Below, piece by piece: positions 24,978 to 32,455 of a DNA stretch of 34,039 nucleotides (within the stretch, counting starts at the first letter, position 1; every line of letters begins with the position of its first letter). This stretch comes from a virus. The stretch is taken from IMG/VR virus record IMGVR_UViG_3300045988_147030, positions 1 to 34,039 of that record; one strand, written 5' to 3'. A program made the translations under genes and the position numbers. A model generated the notes under the pieces. That model was not told where the DNA came from, did no database searches, and was given only the letters and a program-made list of their open reading frames with translations.

Positions 24978-25367
24978 CTACCAGTTGTCCTCATCGTTTT
25001 TCCTCTCCTCTTTCTTCTGGTTGACCTGCCACGGCTGTAGTGAGCCGATGAACGGAAGGTTGCGGACCTGCGTCTCGCTCATCCGCTCGAAGTACTCCCT
25101 GGAGACCTGCGGCTTGATATAATGACTTGAATTGAAGCTCTGGTTCGCGCTCTCGTAGGCGGTAGCCAGAAGCTGGACGTGCGCCAGCGGCTTCGACGTC
25201 ATCGCACCGAGGCCGTGGTCAAATTTCTTATACTCATCAATCACAGTCCCGCGCTCGTTGTCGATAGGGATGACGATACAGCGGCGTGTCGCAGTCTCTC
25301 CCTTGATGTCCATGATTTTCGCGCCTGGAATCTTGTCCAGCTCGATCTTGATGTTAAAATTTCCCAT
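24978..25367 (-). CDS. Hypothetical protein; possible ssDNA-binding protein
   Basis: 129 aa. The acidic C-terminal tail ends in an aromatic residue (NDEDNW), and the gene lies in the recombination module. Confidence 0.35.
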   Translation of the reverse strand: MGNFNIKIELDKIPGAKIMDIKGETATRRCIVIPIDNERGTVIDEYKKFDHGLGAMTSKPLAHVQLLATAYESANQSFNSSHYIKPQVSREYFERMSETQVRNLPFIGSLQPWQVNQKKEERKNDEDNW

Positions 25368-25441
25368 ATTCTACCTTTTGACAATAATTTCAAATAAAAA
25401 TCGGTCTCCGCCCTTAGGGTTGATTCGGTCTTTTGATATTT

Positions 25442-25603
25442 TTACCTCTCTCTTTGCGTGTCAACCGTATCGAAGTCGCATACGACATAAACCTCCTCGC
25501 CATAGAGCCTAAGCCCTTTGTTGCGCCCGCATCCGAGGCAGTTGCCTGAGCATTCACAAGGCGAACAATACGGGGATATCTCCGCTATTTGTCTTTCCAC
25601 CAT
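25442..25603 (-). CDS. Small Cys-rich protein (53 aa; below the ORF-track cutoff)
   Basis: My own translation: MVERQIAEISPYCSPCECSGNCLGCGRNKGLRLYGEEVYVVCDFDTVDTQRER. Confidence 0.4.
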   Translation of the reverse strand: MVERQIAEISPYCSPCECSGNCLGCGRNKGLRLYGEEVYVVCDFDTVDTQRER

Positions 25604-25607
25604 AACT

Positions 25608-25976
25608 CTAAACTTTAAGATTTTTCGCCTGTTCGCTCAACCCCACAAGGCGCAGTGCGTGCTGCAACTCGTGGACGTATTTGATATATATGCGAAAGCA
25701 GTCAGGCACTTCGGTAATCTCGAAATGCCAAATACCGGTTTTATCCTCACTGAAGTACCACTCGACATACTTTCTATCATCTTGCTCGCAAGCATTGTCA
25801 AATATTGCTTCTGTCAATGGCACAGGCTTGACATCCTCCTCCTTAAACGTCTCTATCGTCTTCAAGGGTGACATTATGCCGATAGGCTCATCATCTTTGA
25901 GACTCAACGACACAACCCTCACAGGGTCTCCGAGGCAAATCACCCAGTCGCCAATCTGTAATTCCGAAACTTTCAT
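25608..25976 (-). CDS. Hypothetical protein
   Basis: The ATG at 25976 starts MKVSELQIGDW...; an alternative ATG lies at 25991. The gene looks lower in GC by eye. Confidence 0.55.
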   Translation of the reverse strand: MKVSELQIGDWVICLGDPVRVVSLSLKDDEPIGIMSPLKTIETFKEEDVKPVPLTEAIFDNACEQDDRKYVEWYFSEDKTGIWHFEITEVPDCFRIYIKYVHELQHALRLVGLSEQAKNLKV

Positions 25977-25978
25977 GA

Positions 25979-26260
25979 TTATTCCTCCCATTCAATCTTG
26001 CAAACGGACACAAAATAATTATTTGTGTTCTCCAAGGCCTCTTCTTTTGAATTGTATACTTCTCCATCTGAAGCAATACCGTGGTTGTATCTACAAATGT
26101 TCACCCAGCCCTCTTGCTTTTCCGGAGCGAAGAAAAGGTCAAGATTAGTCAGCATCGACGAATGTTTCCCGTTTTCCAAGTAAGTGTTTATATCGCAATT
26201 GTTACCAATTAGCGCAACAATTGGATATATGCTATTTCTGTCAGTGCAGAGTATTCGCAC
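25979..26260 (-). CDS. Hypothetical protein, start uncertain (GTG at 26260, or a fusion to the upstream ORF)
   Basis: The protein-like part starts near ...KEYLKNPNRKVVTRNG. The frame stays open up to 26581, but that N-terminal part is Arg/Gly-rich and unconvincing. Confidence 0.45.
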   Translation of the reverse strand: MRILCTDRNSIYPIVALIGNNCDINTYLENGKHSSMLTNLDLFFAPEKQEGWVNICRYNHGIASDGEVYNSKEEALENTNNYFVSVCKIEWEE

Positions 26261-26262
26261 AT

Positions 26263-26490
26263 TCAGACCATTTCTTGTAACAACCTTTCTGTTAGGATTT
26301 TTGAGGTATTCCTTAACTCCGGCTCGAACACCTTGCGGAGCCACTGAACCGAGCCGTCTTTCAGCGACCTCCTGAACTCGATGTCGGTCTCCCGGTGTGT
26401 GCCTATGACGTGCCAGTGCTTGTACTTGGCGCGTTGGCACTCCACCGTGTAGCCGATTCTCGCATAATACCTGACCCTCGCCTTGACCAT
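26263..26490 (-). CDS. Hypothetical protein (75 aa as read; the C-terminus may be frame-disrupted)
   Basis: ATG start. G/C third-position bias holds until about 26330, then the sequence becomes AT-rich. Confidence 0.5.
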   Translation of the reverse strand: MVKARVRYYARIGYTVECQRAKYKHWHVIGTHRETDIEFRRSLKDGSVQWLRKVFEPELRNTSKILTERLLQEMV

Positions 26491-26573
26491 ACTTCAGTCC
26501 TTGTCTTCGGATGTCCATAGTCGGAAGCAGCACCACCAGAACAGGGAGACGGCGGCGAACTCCAAAAAAGTTC

Positions 26574-26885
26574 TCAATCATCGCCCCCGTCCTCCTTCTC
26601 CTTGAAAGCGTCGCTCGGCTCGATGTAGAGCCTCTTCTCCGCGTAGCGCAGCCTCCGCCAAAGGTGGCTTATCTGCTTGGTCTTCTGCTGGAACTCCAGG
26701 CGGTCAACGGACAGGCGGTCGTCCGTGTCACGGCACAGCCATTCTATGCGATCCCACATCTTGTCAAGTTCCTCCTTGGTCTTCGACTTCCTCTCCTTAT
26801 AGTCAATGAGCATCTTTATTACAGCCACCGACGCAAGAAGTACGAATATTGTCACAATTATCCCTGCCAAATCTACAATGTCCAT
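26574..26885 (-). CDS. Membrane-anchored coiled-coil protein
   Basis: 103 aa with an N-terminal TM segment (LAGIIVTIFVLLASVAVI). Confidence 0.6.
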   Translation of the reverse strand: MDIVDLAGIIVTIFVLLASVAVIKMLIDYKERKSKTKEELDKMWDRIEWLCRDTDDRLSVDRLEFQQKTKQISHLWRRLRYAEKRLYIEPSDAFKEKEDGGDD

Positions 26886-26911
26886 AGCCTAATCATTTTC
26901 ATTGTTCTCGC

Positions 26912-27250
26912 TCAATCTCCTGACGGCCTCCATGTCACGAACAGCCCCACGGCCCCCTTTGCTCCGAACATCCAGTCGTCTGCCGACCTCACCGGCTCGG
27001 ACGGGGCGGACGAAAGCCGCGCCGCCTTGGAGCCGGCCCCCCTCCAGTGCGACTTGGACGCGCAGCTACAGCTGGTGGACTTCCCTATCCTCAGCGATCT
27101 GGCGAACACCACGCGTTCCGTTCCGCAGTCACACCTGCAATGGCAAGCCGTGAGGGCGCGGGTGGTTGTCTTCTTTCTCGTCATTCCCAAAACTGTCCAC
27201 AGACCGAACCTCTGCCCGGTCATGTCACCGAATTCCTTACGCTTCTCCAT
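26912..27250 (-). CDS. Hypothetical protein with a Cys-cluster (CHCRCDCG...SCSC)
   Basis: 112 aa with the N-terminal motif GQRFGLWTVLG. Confidence 0.55.
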   Translation of the reverse strand: MEKRKEFGDMTGQRFGLWTVLGMTRKKTTTRALTACHCRCDCGTERVVFARSLRIGKSTSCSCASKSHWRGAGSKAARLSSAPSEPVRSADDWMFGAKGAVGLFVTWRPSGD

Positions 27251-27253
27251 ATC

Positions 27254-27696
27254 CTACTGCATTTTGAAGAATCTTATCAAAGCCTCCGCGTCGAACCCCG
27301 GCACGGCCTTGAAGTTGGCGATGGCCTTGTGAACCCTCGCGCCAACTTGTCGATCTCGCTCTTCTGCGCCGTTATCTCCAACGCGGCGAGAAGGGTCGGC
27401 AGACTGAAATTGCCGAACCGCTCAGAAGAGAAGCCGGTCGCGAACAACGCCGCCGGACTCCCCGCCTTGGCCAGCCCGGCCGTGGCCGCCACATTGTCTT
27501 TCAATTTCAAAGCCTCGATCTCGGTGACGGTATCCGCCTTCCATTTTCGTCTGCTCTCGTCTTCCAGCAACGCCTTGTTGTCGTACTTCGGGTAAATGAG
27601 GGCCTTCTGGCCGTTCAGAAGACTGATCTCTATTCCCTCGATACATTCGAGCCTGTTCTGGCCCTCGCATCCCTCCTTGTAAATGATCTTTGCCAT
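27254..27696 (-). CDS. Hypothetical protein with an apparent 1-nt frame disruption near 27325-27340
   Basis: The as-read ORF ends at 27277 with an Arg/Pro/Ser-rich tail. The alternate frame reads VGARVHKAIANFKAVPGFDAEALIRFFKMQ and stops 3 nt before the next ATG. The length of 443 nt is 3n+2. Confidence 0.5.
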
Positions 27697-27705
27697 TTTT
27701 TTTTG

Positions 27706-28350
27706 TTATAATTTCATACCGTAAACATTGGCGACCTTCTTGATGACATCACGACCATAATCGTCCTTGGTCTGCTCAAAGAATGTACGCAATGTGATGC
27801 TGTCGGTCGGCTTGTAGCCGTGCTCCTCGCACCAGTTGCGTCTTCCAAATTCGCAGGAGCCAGTGAGGATGTGATGCCACCGGTACAGATCGGAATATTC
27901 GTCATCCAAGGACGGGTGCATATTCACAAACTCAGCTATCCTCTCGCCAAGCGGACGGTTCTCTTTCCACTTGGCATACACAGCCTTGACGGCATCGCGC
28001 AGCGTGTCACCGTGGGCGAAGAAGTTGCCGCGCTTGGCGATCCAGCAGTCTTTCAGCGTCAAGTCCTTTTGAAGCACCGCGCCTTTCGCCACGTTGCAGC
28101 GGACGGCATAGATGAGAGTTGGAACATTATCAACATCATAGACCTTGCGGCCGTTGAACTCATTGATGCCGTAACCGTCACCGGAACCGTCACCGGAACC
28201 GTCACCGTAACCGGAACCGGAACCGTCACCGTAACCGGAACCGTCACCGTCACCGTCACCGTCACCGTAACCGGAACCGGAACCGTCACCGTAACCGGAA
28301 CCGGAACTTACGGCCAGAAACCGCTCAATATCTTTCCCTATCGCTTCCAT
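27706..28350 (-). CDS. Hypothetical protein with an N-terminal (GSGYGD)n low-complexity repeat
   Basis: The ATG is at 28350; the track start at 28392 is TTG. A 47-aa G/S/Y/D repeat is followed by a globular C-terminal domain. Confidence 0.6.
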   Translation of the reverse strand: MEAIGKDIERFLAVSSGSGYGDGSGSGYGDGDGDGDGSGYGDGSGSGYGDGSGDGSGDGYGINEFNGRKVYDVDNVPTLIYAVRCNVAKGAVLQKDLTLKDCWIAKRGNFFAHGDTLRDAVKAVYAKWKENRPLGERIAEFVNMHPSLDDEYSDLYRWHHILTGSCEFGRRNWCEEHGYKPTDSITLRTFFEQTKDDYGRDVIKKVANVYGMKL

Positions 28351-28643
28351 TCCTTCTTCGCTTCGATGTTCTCTATCGCCTTGCTGGTGCAAGGAATAAT
28401 CTGAATGGCGTTCGCAGCCACCAACTCAGGCACGGCCACGGTTATCTTGCTGTCGTCGTTGCAACCGTCCTGTGAAAGCTGCTCAACAGCAGCGGCACCA
28501 TCCCAGTACCACACCTTACGGGCATTAGCCAGACGCACGTTCAGCCCGTTGGCATAGCTGCTTACTTCCTTGACCTCACCGAAGAACACCCCGGCACCAT
28601 AGCATCTTACGATGCACTTCTTTCCGATGTAACTTTTCATCAT
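28338..28643 (-). CDS. Hypothetical protein (101 aa)
   Basis: ATGATG start; it is the first gene after the ORF-free island. Confidence 0.6.
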   Translation of the reverse strand: MMKSYIGKKCIVRCYGAGVFFGEVKEVSSYANGLNVRLANARKVWYWDGAAAVEQLSQDGCNDDSKITVAVPELVAANAIQIIPCTSKAIENIEAKKEWKR

Positions 28644-28677
28644 TTTAGAATCATTAAAAATTAAACAATAAACTTGA

Positions 28678-28781
28678 TGCTGAGCGCGGACTCGAACCGA
28701 CCTTTGTCAAAATCATCGAAACACTGTGTTTTTGGTATAGCTACGTATTCCCTTCGTCCCCGTGGACGCTTTTTCTCAGCA
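28678..28781 (-). ncRNA. tRNA-like module C (104 nt): closing helix plus a degenerate T-arm, no anticodon arm
   Basis: 7-bp closing helix UGCUGAG/CUCAGCA. T-loop UUCGAGU with only a 3-bp stem. Internal hairpin CGUCC-ACGG-GGACG. Confidence 0.35.
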
Positions 28782-28850
28782 TTGTTCGCGACTCACGCCG
28801 CTACTGGTTGGAAGGTAACTCCTGGGCCACCTTGGTTGCTTGCGAGCTTT

Positions 28851-28906
28851 GGGGGATGGGAAGGAATCGAACCTTCTGGCCGCAGCCAACCCGATGCTCC
28901 ATCCCC
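28851..28906 (-). ncRNA. tRNA-like module B (56 nt): acceptor/T-arm minihelix
   Basis: 8-bp helix GGGGAUGG/CCAUCCCC. Perfect T-arm GAAGG-UUCGAUU-CCUUC directly abuts the 3' strand. Only 22 nt lie in between. Confidence 0.45.
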
Positions 28907-28959
28907 TTTTCCGTCGGTTTTCTCAGGACCTCAAGAAAGTCTGCCAAGACTTTGAGCGG

Positions 28960-29041
28960 CTCCCCGGAACGGACTCGAACCGCACTGCCGTCCTACGTTT
29001 ATGATCCTGCCGGAAGCGTCCCAATTCCGGCCTTCGGGGAG
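28960..29041 (-). ncRNA. tRNA-like module A (82 nt): closing helix, 7-bp hairpin and T-loop-like element
   Basis: 7-bp closing helix CUCCCCG/CGGGGAG. Hairpin GCCGGAA-N9-UUCCGGC. T-like element GCGG-UUCGAGU-CCGU. Confidence 0.4.
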
Positions 29042-29266
29042 TTTACCTCTGACGGACTTCACAGCCGGCCTTCGGAGAAAAACCACATAATTAATAACAC
29101 TAAAACTAATAACCTATGAGCCGCGATAAGACCCGCGCGGCACGGGGTTGCTTCATACTTGCTTCGTTATTTCTCTTTCTTTGGCCGTTTCCTCGCCCTC
29201 TCACGAATTTTAATCCGCAAAACAAGGGTTTTCCAATCCCGGTCCACAAAACACCGCCAAAACGCC

Positions 29267-29494
29267 TTATTTCGCCTTGCCGTCCTCAACCGGCCTTATC
29301 CACCAGTCATTGAGCGTCCTCCCGACCTCTATCCGCCCCGCTCTCCTCAGCTCCGCGATGGACTCCAGAAGAGCCTTCTCCGTCATCCCTTTGCCTTTCG
29401 CCCACCTTTTCAGGTTCAGAAGGGTCTCGTGGCATGGCAGCGCGTTCCTCGACCTCAACACGGCCACACGCCGCCTTATCTCCTCAAGAACCAT
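29267..29494 (-). CDS. Hypothetical small protein (possible winged-helix)
   Basis: 75 aa with an ATG start; it overlaps the loader gene by 11 nt. Confidence 0.55.
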   Translation of the reverse strand: MVLEEIRRRVAVLRSRNALPCHETLLNLKRWAKGKGMTEKALLESIAELRRAGRIEVGRTLNDWWIRPVEDGKAK

Positions 29495-30200
29495 TTCCGC
29501 TCACCCTCATATCGTCACCCACAAGCTCCACGTAGTTGCACATACTGTGCAGCCTCGACCACACCCTGTCGCCGTAGATCTTCCTGATGGAGGCAAGGCT
29601 GTAGTTGCTCGTGATGATGGTGAACCGCCCCGGCGTGTCGCCCCTCAGCTCAAGAAACTCCCGCATCACCTCATGGCGATTGCCCATATACAGCGTCTCC
29701 CTAGGCTCGGAGCCCAAGTCCTGTATGCTCACCACCTTCATCGACTGGAAGAACGACAAAGAGCCCTGCTGGGCGTAATGGTCGCAGATCATAGCCGCCG
29801 TGGAGTCCGTCCACCTCATAAGGTTCGATTCGTTGCCCCAAGCGAACCTCGCGGCCATCTGGGAGGCCATCGTCTGGACTATCCTCACAGCCGTCGTCTT
29901 GCCGCTCCCCGGGTTGCCCGCCACGAACAGTCCTTTGCACGGATCGCCTTCAACCTCAACGCCCGTATCCGGGTCATTGCACCTGAACGGAAGGTTCGCC
30001 GCCCACGCCGCCAGAGCCGCGTAAGCCTTGGCGCGCCCTTCCGTCACCCTGAACCCCGGAACCATAGCCCGCGCCACCCCATCGAAGAGCCACCACGCGG
30101 CCTCGAACGAGAAGCCCGAGTCGCTCCGCCTTATCTCCGGGAACTGCCCAGCCGCCTTGAGGTCGGCCACAATCTTGTCGATGTACTGCTTCGTTATCAT
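29484..30200 (-). CDS. DnaC/IstB-like AAA+ ATPase (helicase loader)
   Basis: Walker A motif GNPGSGKT. It lies downstream of the replication initiator. Confidence 0.75.
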   Translation of the reverse strand: MITKQYIDKIVADLKAAGQFPEIRRSDSGFSFEAAWWLFDGVARAMVPGFRVTEGRAKAYAALAAWAANLPFRCNDPDTGVEVEGDPCKGLFVAGNPGSGKTTAVRIVQTMASQMAARFAWGNESNLMRWTDSTAAMICDHYAQQGSLSFFQSMKVVSIQDLGSEPRETLYMGNRHEVMREFLELRGDTPGRFTIITSNYSLASIRKIYGDRVWSRLHSMCNYVELVGDDMRVSGNGS

Positions 30201-30263
30201 AACTCTTGACTTGAAATCCTTGAATATCTCTGAATATGTCCTTGCCGCTTCTTGAATACGCCG

Positions 30264-30995
30264 CTAAAAGTCACCCCGGTTCTTCCAGTCCGAAGTCGCG
30301 TCCTTGAATTGGCTCTCGCTGTTCCCCGCCGTCTTGGCCGCGGCCCTCGAAGCGTCGATGTCGATCCAGAGCTTCGCCTTTGCGTACAGTGAGAAGTACG
30401 GGTCGCCCTCCGCCCTTATCGCCTCGCTCCCCGCTATCCTGTCCCTGCTGAAGCCCACCGCCTCCCTCTCCATGCTCGACACATAGAACAGGCCGACCTC
30501 ATCTTTGGAGGGTACCGGGGGGCTGGGGGGCTGGGGGGTGGCCTGAGGCGGTCTCTCAGAGCCGCCCTCGTGCGTGCACACGTGCGCGTCACACGCGCTT
30601 GTGATGTTTTTTTTATTATCTTTTCTTATAGGGATAGGGGGTGTGGGGGAAAGGGGTGTCATTTTGACACCACTTTGCGCTATTTTGACACTGGTGTCGT
30701 TTTGACACTGGTGTCGTTTTGACACCACCTCCAAGTTAAGGGAATATTCATTCTGCTCGCCAGCCTTGCGCCCTACGGTCAAAAGCCCCATTTTCTCGAG
30801 TTTTGAAAGTACACGAATAGCATTGCGCTTATTTACGCAGCACCTTCTCTGGAAATACGGCAGCGACGCGTGGCATGTGTGCATCCCGTCCTGCGTGAAC
30901 CCGTAGATGACCGCCACCGCGATCACCTCGGACAGGTTCAGCCCCAGGTCGAACATCCAGTCCTGAATCAGGACAAAAGGTCTGATCTCAGCCAT
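30264..30995 (-). CDS. Replication initiator / replisome organiser with an N-terminal winged-helix domain
   Basis: 243 aa. Iterons are embedded in the linker-coding part, and a Pro-rich linker is present. Confidence 0.6.
   Translation of the reverse strand: MAEIRPFVLIQDWMFDLGLNLSEVIAVAVIYGFTQDGMHTCHASLPYFQRRCCVNKRNAIRVLSKLEKMGLLTVGRKAGEQNEYSLNLEVVSKRHQCQNDTSVKIAQSGVKMTPLSPTPPIPIRKDNKKNITSACDAHVCTHEGGSERPPQATPQPPSPPVPSKDEVGLFYVSSMEREAVGFSRDRIAGSEAIRAEGDPYFSLYAKAKLWIDIDASRAAAKTAGNSESQFKDATSDWKNRGDF
30656..30725. promoter_or_regulatory. Candidate replication origin iterons GTGTC(A/G)TTTTGACAC
   Basis: Full copies at 30656-30670, 30694-30708 and 30711-30725, plus a half-site at 30682-30691. They are flanked by an AT-rich tract (30606-30630) and a G-rich tract (30631-30655). 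Confidence 0.55.
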
Positions 30996-30999
30996 AGCC

Positions 31000-31227
31000 C
31001 TACCTCCTCAACCTCAACGGCAATTCATAGCCTAATTCCTCAACCTTCTCCCTCACAGGCGGCAGAAGCCAAGAGCACACGAAGAGCACCGCAAGGGCGG
31101 CCCCCTTGATGAGGAGAGTAAGCCACACCTTGCACGTATCCGTCACGTCCGTCACCAGGACGCAGAGGCTCGCAAGAGCCAGAAGGGCGGCCACGACATA
31201 GGCCGCGTTGATGATTCCCTTTTTCAT
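31000..31227 (-). CDS. Small membrane protein (2 TM segments)
   Basis: 75 aa with two hydrophobic helices. Confidence 0.6.
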   Translation of the reverse strand: MKKGIINAAYVVAALLALASLCVLVTDVTDTCKVWLTLLIKGAALAVLFVCSWLLPPVREKVEELGYELPLRLRR

Positions 31228-31240
31228 GTCCGTTGTTTTT

Positions 31241-31780
31241 TTATTCCTCGTTGACGCTTGTCCCCGTTGTCTTTCCAGCCGCCAGTGCCGCGCCTATCTC
31301 ATCGAGAACCACGGTCAGATCCTCCCCGTCCGCGCAATCACGGAGGCTCTCCATCATCAGCCGGGCGATAATAAGCGCCTTCCTGTACCTGAGGAACTCG
31401 TCCGTGAATCCCGCATAGCGTTCCTTCAACCTCTCCTCCTTCACCTCGCGGGCGGTGAGCCGCGCCTCCAGAATCTTGATCCGGTCGTGCAGCAGCCCTA
31501 TCTCCGTGTCCTTGCGGTCAACCATCTCGCTCAGGTCCGCCACGCGGTTGCCCAGCTCCCTGTCGTCCTCCTTTTTGGCGGCAAGCTCATCCCGCGCGGC
31601 CTCGTACCTGCTGGTCATCCAGTCATAGACGGTCTGCTTCCCGTTCTCATTAATCCACCTGTCGCAGAAGGTGTCCTTGTCCACATTGTCACCCGCGGCC
31701 ATGTATTCATCGTGAATCGCCTGAAAGTGCTCATCGGTCGGGATGAATCCCGTTCTGTCTGTAAATTCCTGTTTAGTCAT
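31241..31780 (-). CDS. Hypothetical coiled-coil protein
   Basis: The ATG at 31780 starts MTKQEFTDRTGF...; the upstream extension is not protein-like. Confidence 0.55.
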   Translation of the reverse strand: MTKQEFTDRTGFIPTDEHFQAIHDEYMAAGDNVDKDTFCDRWINENGKQTVYDWMTSRYEAARDELAAKKEDDRELGNRVADLSEMVDRKDTEIGLLHDRIKILEARLTAREVKEERLKERYAGFTDEFLRYRKALIIARLMMESLRDCADGEDLTVVLDEIGAALAAGKTTGTSVNEE

Positions 31781-31807
31781 AACTTTATCATTTTTTTGTT
31801 GTTGTCT

Positions 31808-31837
31808 TGAAAAGCGGCCCGGACGGGCAGGAGGCCG
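31808..31837 (-). terminator. Rho-independent terminator/attenuator candidate inside the early operon
   Basis: Minus strand GCGGCC-N13-GGCCGC is followed by TTTTC. Confidence 0.4.
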
Positions 31838-31949
31838 CGTTGATTTAATAGTCATGAAACAAACTCTTATAATCTCATTTGAAACACCCGCCCCGTAAGG
31901 CGCCAACCCCAGGGCGTCCCGTCCAGCCGCATCACTGCGGTATTCGTCT

Positions 31950-32150
31950 TTAGTGCGTCACCCACACCCTCACTATCTCCGTTCCCTTGTAGTAGATCCT
32001 TCCGGACTTCACCCCCATACCCAGCATGGGCCTTATATGCCCGCTCTCCCTCCACCGAGCTATCGTCCTCCTGTTCACGCCCAGAAGGCGGGCGGCCTCG
32101 CTCTCGCAGTACCTTGACGCGGGCGAGACGTTGGGTCTCTCGTTTGTCAT
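31950..32150 (-). CDS. AlpA/excisionase-type HTH DNA-binding protein
   Basis: The ATG at 32150 forms an ATGA overlap with the upstream gene. The HTH reads EAARLLGVNRRTIARWRESG. Confidence 0.55.
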   Translation of the reverse strand: MTNERPNVSPASRYCESEAARLLGVNRRTIARWRESGHIRPMLGMGVKSGRIYYKGTEIVRVWVTH

Positions 32151-32392
32151 ACCTTGGGGAATAAAAGTTCTGGTTTGCACCTTGTCTTCGTCACAATGGA
32201 GGTCAGGCGGGCTATCTCCTTCCTGTTCGCCTTGCACGGGTGCCTCTTACCCGTCCTCCAGAACCGGATGGCCTGGTCGGAGACCTCAAGGTTCATCTGT
32301 ATGGCCCACTTGAGGTTGGTCCTCTGGTAATCCGTCAGGGTCTCCCAGATTTCCTGGAAAGTCCTTGCATCTATGGATTTATTTTCGTTCAT
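32147..32392 (-). CDS. Cro-like early regulator (HTH)
   Basis: 81 aa, divergent from the repressor gene, containing EVSDQAIRFWRTGKRHP. Confidence 0.5.
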   Translation of the reverse strand: MNENKSIDARTFQEIWETLTDYQRTNLKWAIQMNLEVSDQAIRFWRTGKRHPCKANRKEIARLTSIVTKTRCKPELLFPKV

Positions 32393-32455
32393 TTGCAGTT
32401 GCCTTTAATACGTAACATTGTTTATAACTTAGTTCGTAACTTTGTTGATGCAAAA

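Noticed and set aside
26261-26581. N-terminal half of the 200-aa ORF 25979-26581 as real coding sequence
   Set aside because: That part is Arg/Gly/Gln-rich and overlaps the better-supported 26263-26490 ORF, which shows strong G/C third-position bias. This holds even though its ATG sits close to the upstream stop codon.
28678-29041. Three bona fide phage tRNA genes
   Set aside because: Each has an acceptor-like helix and a T-loop, but none forms a D-arm plus anticodon-arm cloverleaf. Their lengths (104, 56 and 82 nt) and internal pairings are wrong for tRNA. They are reported as tRNA-like modules only.
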